From IMG/VR virus record IMGVR_UViG_3300030372_003296, positions 1 to 29,924 of that record: DNA of 29,924 bases; one strand, 5' to 3'. The DNA is from a virus (lineage: Duplodnaviria > Caudoviricetes). The notes beneath the pieces are model-generated. The model had not been told where the DNA came from. It saw nothing but the letters and a program-made list of their open reading frames with translations, and did not search any database. A program made the position numbers and the translations under genes. Shown one piece after another: positions 1 through 9,012 of the stretch; positions within the stretch are counted from its first letter, which is position 1, and each line of letters opens with the position of its first letter.

Positions 1-1582
1 TATCTTCAACATTACTATCTAACGTATAATAGGCTTTTGTTGTAGCAGGAGAACCTGCTGTGTCTGTAGTACAGGTTTGTGTACAAGCTGTTAATCCTGC
101 AAGAGTTGAAACTTCGTCAGACGAAAGTGTTTTATTAAATATACGAAACTCATCTATTGAACCTGCGTGTCCATTCCCACTACTATTATTATAGTCACCA
201 ATAACATTATACGAGTTAGTAGTTCTTCCTCCTGACGCAGTGTCTAGAGTATAAGTAGCAATTAATGTGGTATTTGAATAAAGTTTGACTTGTTTACTAG
301 AACCCACGTATGTATGAGTTATATAATACCACGTATCAGCTTCAAGAGTGCTTATAGTGCCAACAGTATTATAGCTGCTATTCCAATATGCCGTTGAATT
401 AAAATAGCGTTCAAATGACAAAGCCAAACCGTTTCCAGAGCCGAGACCATAAACGTAAATATGGAAAGACCCGTAATTGCTTCCAGTATAATCTCCTACT
501 AAAGTTCCGTGAAGTCCTGAAGCTGAGCTAGACACACTATCCCATTTAACCCACATAGAGACACTAAAGTTGTCATTTTCATTGCCTGAAGCCACACCTA
601 TTGGAGAAGTAATTTGAATTTTACTTGTAGTCCCGTTAAATTTTGCAGAATAATTTATTTTCCCATTTTGTACAAATTCGACATTACTAGGCGTTCCATC
701 ATAATTTGTTGATTTATCTTGCCCGTCATAATCCAAAGGGTAATAAGCAATACAAGATGTACCTGGAATAATTGTTGTAGTTGAGGCTGTAGCATCTGTT
801 TCGTCTACATAAAGAGTTGTCACTTCTTCAGTATTTAATACTTTGGAATATATCCTACATTGGTCTAATAAACCATTAAAAGCGTAAGCACTATGAGAAC
901 CACCGTCATTACTATAAGTTCCAAGATTAAATCCATTACCTATTGTTCTTGATGCAGCAGAGTTTAATGTATTACTACCTAATAAAGAACCATTTATATA
1001 AATTTGGACTACTTTAGTTGAACCTGTATATGCACAAACTAAATTGTACCAAGTGTCAGCAGCAACAACTTTAGTAAGACCATAAGAAGATGGGTCATAA
1101 ACATTACCTCCATATCCCCTTCTTGTACGGACTTCAATTTCATTACTTGTAGAAGTACCAAACAAATTCACCTCCCACATTTGACCATTGCTACCAGAAA
1201 CGTCTGCGTTATGAATACCACATATTGTATAAAAATTAGAACTCGAAGCAGGAATAGCATTTAATCTAAACCAAATAGAAAAAGTAAAATCATCACTTGC
1301 AGCATTATCTATTACATCAGTTATTGCGGGAATATTTATATAATTAGAAGTAGAAAATCCTGAAGCAGATTTTGAACCGAATTTACTTGTGCTTGAATAA
1401 GTAATTGACCCCGTAACAGTTGCATCAAAATTATCGAGTGTATCATCAACATTATCTTCAAATTGATATATAGCTACGTTTTTATTGAAGGATGCTTCGT
1501 TACCAAAAGGTTCTAGTGATTCGGAATTACATACTGCTGCACCAGAAGCAGATATACTAAAAAGCTTTCTATTTAATGACAT
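1..1582 (-). CDS. Tandem LamG/concanavalin A-like domain tail fibre or receptor-binding protein, N-terminal part (runs off left edge)
   Basis: Not in ORF track. Hand translation from ATG at 1582 (MSLNRKLFSISASGAAVC...) is open to position 2 and has repeated LamG motifs: FTFSIWF...DTWYNLVCAY...IYING...FNGLLDQCRIYSKVL and FSVSMWVK...DTWYYITHTY...GSIDEFRIFNKTLS. Confidence 0.85.
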   Translation of the reverse strand, partial: MSLNRKLFSISASGAAVCNSESLEPFGNEASFNKNVAIYQFEDNVDDTLDNFDATVTGSITYSSTSKFGSKSASGFSTSNYINIPAITDVIDNAASDDFTFSIWFRLNAIPASSSNFYTICGIHNADVSGSNGQMWEVNLFGTSTSNEIEVRTRRGYGGNVYDPSSYGLTKVVAADTWYNLVCAYTGSTKVVQIYINGSLLGSNTLNSAASRTIGNGFNLGTYSNDGGSHSAYAFNGLLDQCRIYSKVLNTEEVTTLYVDETDATASTTTIIPGTSCIAYYPLDYDGQDKSTNYDGTPSNVEFVQNGKINYSAKFNGTTSKIQITSPIGVASGNENDNFSVSMWVKWDSVSSSASGLHGTLVGDYTGSNYGSFHIYVYGLGSGNGLALSFERYFNSTAYWNSSYNTVGTISTLEADTWYYITHTYVGSSKQVKLYSNTTLIATYTLDTASGGRTTNSYNVIGDYNNSSGNGHAGSIDEFRIFNKTLSSDEVSTLAGLTACTQTCTTDTAGSPATTKAYYTLDSNVED

Positions 1583-1596
1583 ATTAAAAGTTTATT

Positions 1597-2091
1597 TTAT
1601 TCACCAGGCATTACAGGGTCAAAAAGTCTTACAGAATAATTTACTACATCTCCTTTTTTAGTAAGTGCATCAATTTCTGCTTCTCTCTCATCAGCTTTAG
1701 ACTTTATTTCTTCCCTTTTAGTTGTAACATCACTTGGAATATCTTTTCCTCCTTCAGCTTTTCTTATAACATACCAATCTGTAGGTTGTAATGCTAAATT
1801 AGCAAGTTTTTTAATTTCTGCTTTTTTATTAGTTTTTAATTCAGATAAACTCTCACTCCAAGTCTTATTGCTTTTTGAATAAATAAATGCTTTTTTACTT
1901 TTATTAAATTTAAGTTCACCTCTGTCGTGAATATTAGGGTCATATCCATCAGAGTTTTTTACATCATAAAAGCCGTACTTTTGTAAATCTTCATTTGAAA
2001 GATTATTAAAACCTCCAATTACATTCCCCCATTCTCTAGGAACTGATTGAAAAATTTCAATTTGACCATTAATTTCTATTGCTTTTTTCAT
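1597..2091 (-). CDS. Tail fibre-associated/assembly protein (164 aa from MKKAIE)
   Basis: L..TDWYVIRKAE...IP..V...R motif typical of small proteins next to tail fibre genes; start moved to ATG 2091, just after the upstream stop. Confidence 0.6.
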   Translation of the reverse strand: MKKAIEINGQIEIFQSVPREWGNVIGGFNNLSNEDLQKYGFYDVKNSDGYDPNIHDRGELKFNKSKKAFIYSKSNKTWSESLSELKTNKKAEIKKLANLALQPTDWYVIRKAEGGKDIPSDVTTKREEIKSKADEREAEIDALTKKGDVVNYSVRLFDPVMPGE

Positions 2092-2102
2092 ATTATTATA
2101 AT

Positions 2103-2843
2103 TTATGCAGGTTGTGAAATTGTGTACCAAGCTTCATTTACTGCCACCCATTTAATTTGTATAAGATTTTTTGTTGAGCCTGTGTCATCATAAGTTCCTG
2201 AAATTTTATTAAAAGTACAAGCAGAACCATTTGACGTTCCAAGTGCTACCGTATAAGAACTACCACCTCCAGTAATAACTAGGCTTTTCATAGCACCAAT
2301 AACAACATTAGTAAAATTTAAAGTAGCTGAATGCCCTGCCGTATAAGTAAAAATATCTGCAACAGCCGTATCAACTGCAATTGTAGCAGCCGAACTTACA
2401 GCACTTGTTGCCGTATATTCAACACCTAATTTTGCATTAGTAACAGCATCATTTGCTATTGTAACTGCTCCTGCTGATATAGTAACATCACCTGAAACAG
2501 TAGTCCAAGAAGGGTCTCCATTTGCATCAGCAACTAATAGTTTACCATTTGCTCCTGCTGCTAAATAAGCGGGGTCTCCTGAAGCATCTCCATAAATAAA
2601 TTTTCCTCTGACAATACCTGCCATTTTAGCTAACGTAACTCCATTATCAGCTAAAGAAATCGTTACTGCTCCTGTTGCTGAATCTCTTTCTATTGGTGCT
2701 GTAGCTGTAATACTATTTACATCTCCTGCATCATCTGTATATAATTCTGTAAAGTTATCATTACATTTGTCAAATGCTGCACGTATAGTATCTCCTGTGC
2801 CGTCATTCGCAACTGAACCAATTCCTATTACTTGTTTTGCCAT
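2103..2843 (-). CDS. Tail fibre/baseplate-anchored structural protein
   Basis: N-terminal IGIGSVANDGTGDTIRAAFDKCNDNF resembles T4 gp9/gp10-type N-termini; internal repeats (ADNGVTLAKMA/ANDAVTNAKLG; GDASGDPAY/ADANGDPSW); Ala/Thr/Gly-rich. Confidence 0.65.
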   Translation of the reverse strand: MAKQVIGIGSVANDGTGDTIRAAFDKCNDNFTELYTDDAGDVNSITATAPIERDSATGAVTISLADNGVTLAKMAGIVRGKFIYGDASGDPAYLAAGANGKLLVADANGDPSWTTVSGDVTISAGAVTIANDAVTNAKLGVEYTATSAVSSAATIAVDTAVADIFTYTAGHSATLNFTNVVIGAMKSLVITGGGSSYTVALGTSNGSACTFNKISGTYDDTGSTKNLIQIKWVAVNEAWYTISQPA

Positions 2844-2859
2844 AATTTTATTTTTTTAG

Positions 2860-3048
2860 TTATAATTGCGTTTTATCCGCAGTAAATATTGTTGTATCAA
2901 CCGTATATCTTGTTAAATCTGCTGTAAATGGTGTTGTACCACTCCAACAAGCAGGGGCAGATATATCAGGGACTGCAAACGTACTCCAATATTTTAAACC
3001 CCATTCCGTGCTGCAATAAATCTTTCCCCAATTAATCGTATTGCCCAT
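2860..3048 (-). CDS. Small virion-associated protein (62 aa)
   Basis: ORF track; ATG 4 nt after a late promoter motif; WGKIYC motif shared with the 3186-3281 micro-ORF. Confidence 0.65.
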   Translation of the reverse strand: MGNTINWGKIYCSTEWGLKYWSTFAVPDISAPACWSGTTPFTADLTRYTVDTTIFTADKTQL

Positions 3049-3052
3049 ATCT

Positions 3053-3078
3053 ATACAATAGTTTTTTTAATTTTTTGT
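3053..3078 (-). promoter_or_regulatory. Putative late promoter ACAA-N15-ATTGTAT
   Basis: Exact motif and spacing; 4 nt upstream of ATG 3048. Confidence 0.75.
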
Positions 3079-3186
3079 TATTTTTTTATTCTTACTAAAA
3101 CCAAGAGTTAAATTATCGTAACGAGAACTTAAATATTCTTTAAGCCGTTTAATGTTTAATTCTTTCGGTTTGTACTTTTTTATCAT
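3067..3186 (-). CDS. Basic micro-protein (39 aa, MIKKYKPKELNIKRLKEYL...)
   Basis: Hand translation; ATG overlaps the previous stop (TAATG). Confidence 0.45.
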   Translation of the reverse strand: MIKKYKPKELNIKRLKEYLSSRYDNLTLGFSKNKKITKN

Positions 3187-3281
3187 TAACAACTACTTAA
3201 ATCAGGATATACATTACCCCACCCTGAAGCCACAGTTCCAACACCCCACCAAGTAGTACAATATATTTTCCCATATGTCAT
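3186..3281 (-). CDS. Trp/Gly-rich micro-protein (31 aa, MTYGKIYCTTWWGVGTVASGWGNVYPDLSSC)
   Basis: Hand translation; ATGA overlap with upstream gene and TAATG with downstream ORF; similar to 2860-3048. Confidence 0.6.
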   Translation of the reverse strand: MTYGKIYCTTWWGVGTVASGWGNVYPDLSSC

Positions 3282-3781
3282 AATACCCAACCACCAAAGT
3301 CTGCTTGTCTATCAGGGCTTACATCCTGACTATCATTTGTATAATATTCAGGAAATTTACTACTAGCATTTATACTCATATAATCAATAAATCTATCAGT
3401 ATAATATTGTGCTAAATTTCTTTCTTTTTCTATTAAAAAATCTACTTCATCTTTTTCTACGTTTGTAGCATTTTCTGAAGTGTGTTTAAATACACCTTTG
3501 TTTGCTATTGTATAAGCTGCAAAAGGTAAATACTCAACCATAGCCCAATGAATTAACATTGGTTTTATATAGCTTGTTACTAAAGTTAAATAGTCATCTG
3601 CTAATGTTCCACCTTGTATATCACTTTTAATTTTTTCAAATAAATCTGTGCCTAGATAATTTTGAATATGAATATCTTGTGCAATCTTTATGTATTGCAA
3701 AAATTTATCATCATCTAAATTTCCATTTACGCTTGTAAACTTTACTAGGTCTGCCCTAGTTATCATTAAACCTTCTGCCAT
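3278..3781 (-). CDS. Putative head-tail adaptor/connector
   Basis: Directly after portal; helical 167 aa protein with YIKIAQDIHIQNYLGTDLF motif; assignment mainly from context. Confidence 0.55.
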   Translation of the reverse strand: MAEGLMITRADLVKFTSVNGNLDDDKFLQYIKIAQDIHIQNYLGTDLFEKIKSDIQGGTLADDYLTLVTSYIKPMLIHWAMVEYLPFAAYTIANKGVFKHTSENATNVEKDEVDFLIEKERNLAQYYTDRFIDYMSINASSKFPEYYTNDSQDVSPDRQADFGGWVL

Positions 3782-3783
3782 AA

Positions 3784-5556
3784 TTAAAACGATTTATTTT
3801 TAGGTGTTGTAAAATCTTTATCTTTTATAAAACCCCTGTTTTTCATATCTCTTGGTCTTTGTGCTACTTTCTTATCATTTACAGGTGGTTTAAATCCTTC
3901 TTTTTTTGCCTCATTAACAGAAACTTCAGCTTTTGGGTTTTTTGCATCAGGAGTAACATCTTTTGCCATATATGTTTTACGCATCCAAAAATGACGGCAA
4001 GAACCCCCTCCTTTAAATTTCCAAATATCATAAGTTGCAGCACCATTTTTACCCCAACCTGCATTTACAGGTTTACTACTCATAGCAACAATATCTTCTT
4101 TCCTATAAATCTTTTTAGCAGAAACCATCTTTCTACAAAAGTCTCTTGAATTTCCATCAGATTTTAAAGGTGAATATTGATACCTTACTTTAAATTTTAA
4201 AGTTTCTTCTTGTTTTTCAACTTCACCATCTTGTTCACTTTTTGCATTAGGTTTTGCTGAACCAGTTGAAGCTAAATTTATCATTTTATCAAGTGTTTCT
4301 TCTTGCTCATAATCAACTTCTCTTTCATCAACTAAATCCCAATTTTCTAAATCTTCATCTTCACCTAAATCAATTAAAGCATCTGCAACTTCAGGTTTTA
4401 ATTTCGGAGGTTTTTCATCAGACATTTTAACCCCTGTTTCTTCTTCTTTTGCTTCTTTTGTAACAGCATTATCTGCTTCTATAAAATCAAGAGGCTGTAA
4501 TGTTCTAAAATATAGTTTTAAACTAATATTATTAACTGCTAAAATTTCGTCTATACAGGACGCAATTAAATCTTGGTAGGGTTTTATAGTTATGTTGTTA
4601 AAAAGTAGCGTAGCGGTCTTTATTTCGTCTGCATTAGAGCCTAAACCATTGTTCTCTGAACGTATTCCAAGAAGTAAAGGAGAAGTTACCCTGTGAGACA
4701 GCATAATTTTCTTTGTACACTCGTTTGATAAATATTCATAATGAGCAGGTGCATCATTTAAAGGTATATCTTCAACAGTTGTTTTGCTTTCTTGATTATT
4801 ATTAAATGCAATAATCACTTTTTCGCCTCTTGCTCCTGTTAATTTACCCATCACATCAGATTTAATCTGAAGTTGTTTCTCTCTATCAGGCACTCCGTTG
4901 TTAAAGTTTACAACTTTTGTTCCTGAAAAACCATTCTCAACATCATTGTTAAGATAGTCTGCTATTTGCTTTTCCAATTCTGAATAAGCCAATCCGCCAA
5001 CATAATCAACAGGACAATAGTAATCATATCCACTAACATATTTTTTTATTATTTTAATTTCAGGTTCGTTTCCATTACCGAAACCAAATGCAGGTATTCT
5101 TTTAGGCTCATCACTTGGTTTTAATTTAGACCAATCGTGAAAATAATAATAAGCCCTTACTTCTCCATCTTCCATTTTTTCTGCTCTTAATGTTTGACGT
5201 GGAAAATGTTCTGCCTTTACTACTCTTTTATTAGAATATAAAACTTGAAAAGAAGCTTCTCCTAGTAGTTTTAAATCTAAACAAATTCTTTTTAAATCTT
5301 CATTTGGAAATATAGACCTTAATGCTGCATATTCTTCTGTTTTTGTACTGCTATCTAAAGCATCTAATCCTTTTCCATAAATCATATTAGAAATACCATT
5401 TATTGTAGCATTGTTTGTAGTTGAACAAATAAACAAGTCAATTAAATAAGAATAGTAATCATTGTCTATTCCGTAATTGACCCATTCTTTATTCTTTTGC
5501 TCAACAATTTCAGGTCTGTCGTAAGATGCTAAATTAACTATGTGTAAATTGTCCAT
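3784..5556 (-). CDS. Portal protein with C-terminal extension
   Basis: 590 aa; portal-like features (WVNYG.DNDY, NGFSG, IMLSHRVTSPLLLGI, GLGSNADEI, IKPYQ); last ~170 aa carry SRDFC...GGGSCRHFW. Confidence 0.8.
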   Translation of the reverse strand: MDNLHIVNLASYDRPEIVEQKNKEWVNYGIDNDYYSYLIDLFICSTTNNATINGISNMIYGKGLDALDSSTKTEEYAALRSIFPNEDLKRICLDLKLLGEASFQVLYSNKRVVKAEHFPRQTLRAEKMEDGEVRAYYYFHDWSKLKPSDEPKRIPAFGFGNGNEPEIKIIKKYVSGYDYYCPVDYVGGLAYSELEKQIADYLNNDVENGFSGTKVVNFNNGVPDREKQLQIKSDVMGKLTGARGEKVIIAFNNNQESKTTVEDIPLNDAPAHYEYLSNECTKKIMLSHRVTSPLLLGIRSENNGLGSNADEIKTATLLFNNITIKPYQDLIASCIDEILAVNNISLKLYFRTLQPLDFIEADNAVTKEAKEEETGVKMSDEKPPKLKPEVADALIDLGEDEDLENWDLVDEREVDYEQEETLDKMINLASTGSAKPNAKSEQDGEVEKQEETLKFKVRYQYSPLKSDGNSRDFCRKMVSAKKIYRKEDIVAMSSKPVNAGWGKNGAATYDIWKFKGGGSCRHFWMRKTYMAKDVTPDAKNPKAEVSVNEAKKEGFKPPVNDKKVAQRPRDMKNRGFIKDKDFTTPKNKSF

Positions 5557-5921
5557 TAAATAAATATAAAGTCGTTATTAGAACTATTAGAAGTGTATTG
5601 ACCACTATTAACTGTATAGTTCGGTAATGTTTGATTTGTACAGAAAATTTTTCCTTTATAAATAATCTCACCTAAAGTTGTATCAGTAATTGTTAATGTA
5701 TAAAAATTATTTTCTTTCAAAGCTGATGCTGCACTTTTTAATATAGTAGATGAGTACTGATTATAATATAAATTTTCCGTTATACTTGTTGTACTTGCAC
5801 TATAAACTTCTTTCCCTGTTGATTCACTAACTATCTTAACTGTACAAGTATTACCACTTGTAAATTTTCTAGGTATAAATTTAATTGTTTGGGAACTTGT
5901 CGTTTCTTGCAATACTATCAT
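5556..5921 (-). CDS. Small beta-rich structural protein (possible head closure)
   Basis: ORF track; coupled to portal by TAATG; own late promoter motif. Confidence 0.5.
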   Translation of the reverse strand: MIVLQETTSSQTIKFIPRKFTSGNTCTVKIVSESTGKEVYSASTTSITENLYYNQYSSTILKSAASALKENNFYTLTITDTTLGEIIYKGKIFCTNQTLPNYTVNSGQYTSNSSNNDFIFI

Positions 5922-5925
5922 AATA

Positions 5926-5951
5926 ATACAATAAAGATAATGTAATTTTGT
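5926..5951 (-). promoter_or_regulatory. Putative late promoter ACAA-N15-ATTGTAT
   Basis: Exact motif; 4 nt upstream of ATG 5921; follows a terminator. Confidence 0.75.
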
Positions 5952-5963
5952 TAAATTTTAGAT

Positions 5964-5990
5964 AAAAAAAAGAGGGCTATAAAGCCCCCT
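5964..5990 (-). terminator. Rho-independent terminator
   Basis: AGGGGGCT-TTAT-AGCCCTCT followed by a T run on the minus strand. Confidence 0.8.
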
Positions 5991-6018
5991 AATTTATCAA
6001 ACAAAAAAGAATATTCTT

Positions 6019-6582
6019 TTAGAAATCACTACCACTTACAATAGTTACTGTTGCACTAGGCATATCATCAAACGGATATTCAGCAACGTCTATTCCTGCA
6101 TTGTTTTGTGCTAGGAAGTTAGCAGGTTTTTCTTCTTGTGCAGAGAATGTTAAGGTATAACCAGCTAGGTCGCCCATTGCTGCTCCTGTAACAATAGTTC
6201 CGCCAGAAACCTCTGCTCCATTTTCTAATCCCATTACAAAAAATTGCTTGTTATTGTCCTCAACAACAATATGCGGTCTGCCATAAGATAATAATTTAAT
6301 TTCTTTGTTATCTGCTTTAGATAATTTCTTAAGAGTAAGATTTAAGGTTTGCTCAAAAAATGTAGTTCCATTCTCTCTTGAAGATGTTATGGTTTGCTCA
6401 AATGAACTATTACCTTTTAACTCATATTTATAAGCTGAAAAAGTACCAGTCATATCAGTAACTTCATCATCTGTTTGAGTTACAGTACCATAATCTCCAA
6501 AATTAGTGAACCATACAGCTTTAAGACCACCCTGTATATCCTTACACGGTTCAATCCTACCTTTAGTTAATGTACACGCCAT
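6019..6582 (-). CDS. Putative major tail tube protein
   Basis: 187 aa, beta-rich (ENGTTFFEQTLNLTL, GYTLTFSAQE), follows the capsid gene and is flanked by terminators. Confidence 0.6.
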   Translation of the reverse strand: MACTLTKGRIEPCKDIQGGLKAVWFTNFGDYGTVTQTDDEVTDMTGTFSAYKYELKGNSSFEQTITSSRENGTTFFEQTLNLTLKKLSKADNKEIKLLSYGRPHIVVEDNNKQFFVMGLENGAEVSGGTIVTGAAMGDLAGYTLTFSAQEEKPANFLAQNNAGIDVAEYPFDDMPSATVTIVSGSDF

Positions 6583-6608
6583 AATTTTTAAGATTTAAAA
6601 AGTTAAAT

Positions 6609-6644
6609 AAAAAAGGTGAGTAGGTTTACGGACTTACCCACCTT
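6609..6644 (-). terminator. Rho-independent terminator after capsid gene
   Basis: AGGTGGGTAAGT-CCGTAA-ACCTACTCACCT followed by T run. Confidence 0.8.
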
Positions 6645-6654
6645 ATTTTAATTC

Positions 6655-7581
6655 TTATGTATAAAGAACAATATCCCCACCAATAGCGTGTTGAATACCT
6701 GCTTGGAATCTTAAAACTACTCTTACGTTTTGCGAACCATCAGTATCACTCATATCAATCACTTTTACTTCGTTAGTATCTGACATTAAGCCAGTACCGA
6801 AGAATAGGTTAGATTTTTGTGCTGCAACCATAATGTTATCTGGTAAACCATTTGCTAATGCAAGGTTGATACCGTCAAAAGATAATGCTTGGTTGTTATA
6901 CCACATTTGACCTTCATCTTTAAAACCTGCACCGAATCCAGTTCCTAGTGCAAATCCACCTAAAGCTCTTACATAAGCTCTCATTACATTAGGAGCTACA
7001 TAAATAGTTAAATCTTCAGCACCATAAACTGCAGTTGGAATAGCATCTGCTACTTTTCCTAGTTCAGTAATAACATTAGCTGCTGTAACGTCTGTTGCAA
7101 TTACATCATTAACGTCTCCGTCTGCTGCTAAAGTTTGTTTAAATCCATCAAATTCTCCTGCTGTTCCGTTTACACCATTCCAAATATTGGTTTCAATCTT
7201 TGCAGCTACTTTAGAAGCAACGTGTGCAATTAGAAAATCTGAAAAAGATGGAGGCAAGTCCGAGTGAGCTGAATATCCCATTTGAACAGCTTCCCAATCA
7301 CTTACGAAATCTTTTTTACATAATTGTAGGTTAACCTGAAATTCTTCCATTGTCAAAATTCTTTCAGTTAACGTAATTGTTGAAGTCGCATCGAAGTCGC
7401 AAGTTGCATTTTTTACAATACCATCAGTTGCTACTTTTTTAAGGACTTCTTTGTATTTAATATTTGGCTTAATTGTAATTAATTCATTAGCCAATGTGCT
7501 TCCAGATAATAGGGCTGCTGATATATATTTGCCAGCAAATTCACCTGCATACGTAGAAGTTATTGAAGTTGTTGTTGCCAT
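6655..7581 (-). CDS. Major capsid protein
   Basis: 308 aa after protease and scaffold; HK97-like features (TLTERIL...QVNLQLCKKDF, IETNIWNG...GEFDGF); followed by a terminator. Confidence 0.8.
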   Translation of the reverse strand: MATTTSITSTYAGEFAGKYISAALLSGSTLANELITIKPNIKYKEVLKKVATDGIVKNATCDFDATSTITLTERILTMEEFQVNLQLCKKDFVSDWEAVQMGYSAHSDLPPSFSDFLIAHVASKVAAKIETNIWNGVNGTAGEFDGFKQTLAADGDVNDVIATDVTAANVITELGKVADAIPTAVYGAEDLTIYVAPNVMRAYVRALGGFALGTGFGAGFKDEGQMWYNNQALSFDGINLALANGLPDNIMVAAQKSNLFFGTGLMSDTNEVKVIDMSDTDGSQNVRVVLRFQAGIQHAIGGDIVLYT

Positions 7582-7600
7582 AACTTATTTTATTTATTTA

Positions 7601-8215
7601 TTATTTATTAAACTTTGCCATATTTGCTAAAACCCTATCTATTGTTGTAAACTTTCCTTTTGGCTTAAAGAAATTTAGGTCTTTTTTTGAATCTGCTTCA
7701 GGGCTGTGTTTAATTTTTACAGGCTCTTCAGCAAGTTCTTCTTTTTCTTGAATATCAGCTTTACTTTCTAAAAGAGTTTTTAATTCCTCTATTTTTGAGC
7801 TTAATTCATTAAGTTCTTCTTTTGAAGCGTATACTTCTTCAGTAATTTCGCTTACAATTTTTTTCTTTACAGGAGCTTCTTCAGTAGCTTCTACTTCTTC
7901 CTCTTTAGCTTCTTCTTCAGATTCTACTTCTGAAACTTCACCAATAGAGGCAATCATTCCTTCTTCTTCTACTTTAAGAATACGTCCGTCTTCAAGTTCG
8001 TAATCTCCAAGAGGTAGTGCAACTTTTTCATCTTCTGTTACAATAAATACTTCTTTACCTGATTCAAATGATTCGGCTTCTAGGATAGTACCATTAACTA
8101 AAGATTGTTGTTCAAGTTTTACTTCTTCTTGTGGATTTTCTTGAATGTCTTCACTTTTAGTAGCCTCGCCACTTAAAAGGTCTTTTACTTTATTTAACAT
8201 TTCAGTTGCTTTCAT
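7601..8215 (-). CDS. Capsid scaffolding protein
   Basis: Very acidic, coiled-coil; ALPLGDYELEDGRILKVEEEG; start placed at MKATEM (8215), 4 nt after the late promoter motif. Confidence 0.7.
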   Translation of the reverse strand: MKATEMLNKVKDLLSGEATKSEDIQENPQEEVKLEQQSLVNGTILEAESFESGKEVFIVTEDEKVALPLGDYELEDGRILKVEEEGMIASIGEVSEVESEEEAKEEEVEATEEAPVKKKIVSEITEEVYASKEELNELSSKIEELKTLLESKADIQEKEELAEEPVKIKHSPEADSKKDLNFFKPKGKFTTIDRVLANMAKFNK

Positions 8216-8219
8216 AATT

Positions 8220-8245
8220 ATACAATAAATTAAGTTTCTTGTTGT
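8220..8245 (-). promoter_or_regulatory. Putative late promoter ACAA-N15-ATTGTAT
   Basis: Exact motif; 4 nt upstream of ATG 8215. Confidence 0.75.
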
Positions 8246-8253
8246 TATATTTT

Positions 8254-8394
8254 TCAATTTACATTTCCTACTCCTTGTGCTAGTAAACTACCATCACAAC
8301 ATTTTCTTGAGTAAGTTCCATCAGGACAAAGACAAGCCCTCTTGTCGTTTTTTGGACTTGTTCTGCTTGGAATTTTTTCATTTTTTTTATACAT
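8254..8394 (-). CDS. Cys-rich micro-protein (46 aa, MYKKNEKIPSRTSPKNDKRACLCPDGTYSRKCCDGSLLAQGVGNVN)
   Basis: Hand translation; overlaps the protease stop and fills the gap before the scaffold promoter. Confidence 0.65.
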   Translation of the reverse strand: MYKKNEKIPSRTSPKNDKRACLCPDGTYSRKCCDGSLLAQGVGNVN

Positions 8395-8974
8395 CCTTTA
8401 AAATCTCTTTTATCTTGTTTATTATTTCTTGAGACTTTAACTCTGCAACTGGTTCTTTAGGTCTTTCTAGTTTGTCAGCAAAATAACCTTCAATAGAAAA
8501 TCCTTTTACTTTACCAGTCTTTACATAATCATTCCAAACTTCATCATTATTTACTTTCATAGACACCATCCAAGTTCCAACTGGTACTTCTAAACCATAG
8601 TGTCTAGTTTTATCTTTTTTGCTTTCTACAATCCAACTTTCTACTGCTGTCATTCCTTTTAACTTTTCTTCGTGTTCTAGTGTTGAGTTGTTTTGGTTGT
8701 TTCTTATGAAAAATAATTCACTTGCTTTTCTTACGGTGTCTCTAGAAAAATAAATATAATATTCTTTATCTCCACTTTGTCGGTAAATAGGTTTATTAGG
8801 GATTAAAGCTGCACCCATTAAGATACGCTTTTCCTTATCTATTTCTGCAAGTTTAAATTCTTGGTTTTTTAATGCGATAAAATCTTCTTCAATAGCTGGG
8901 TTTTCAACCACGCTTATTGCTTCAATTCCAGAGACTTCATCTTCCTCGTTTATAAAAAGTTCTATAATGTCCAT
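8387..8974 (-). CDS. Prohead maturation protease (XkdF-like serine protease)
   Basis: MGAALIPNKPIYR, STLEH, ESWIV, GTWM, VKTGKVKGFSIEG motifs. Confidence 0.8.
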   Translation of the reverse strand: MDIIELFINEEDEVSGIEAISVVENPAIEEDFIALKNQEFKLAEIDKEKRILMGAALIPNKPIYRQSGDKEYYIYFSRDTVRKASELFFIRNNQNNSTLEHEEKLKGMTAVESWIVESKKDKTRHYGLEVPVGTWMVSMKVNNDEVWNDYVKTGKVKGFSIEGYFADKLERPKEPVAELKSQEIINKIKEILKDV

Positions 8975-8978
8975 ATTA

Positions 8979-9004
8979 ATACAATTAAAATGTTAGTTTT
9001 TTGT
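8979..9004 (-). promoter_or_regulatory. Putative late promoter ACAA-N15-ATTGTAT
   Basis: Exact motif; 4 nt upstream of ATG 8974. Confidence 0.75.
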
Positions 9005-9012
9005 AATATTTT

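Noticed and set aside
1-1582. Diversity-generating retroelement acting on the LamG fibre
   Set aside because: No reverse transcriptase and no near-identical template/variable repeat pair seen in the window
3859-4149. Plus-strand 96-aa ORF and alternative-frame 61-aa ORF (3879-4064) inside the portal gene
   Set aside because: Shadow ORFs within a well-supported gene, with no motifs or promoter
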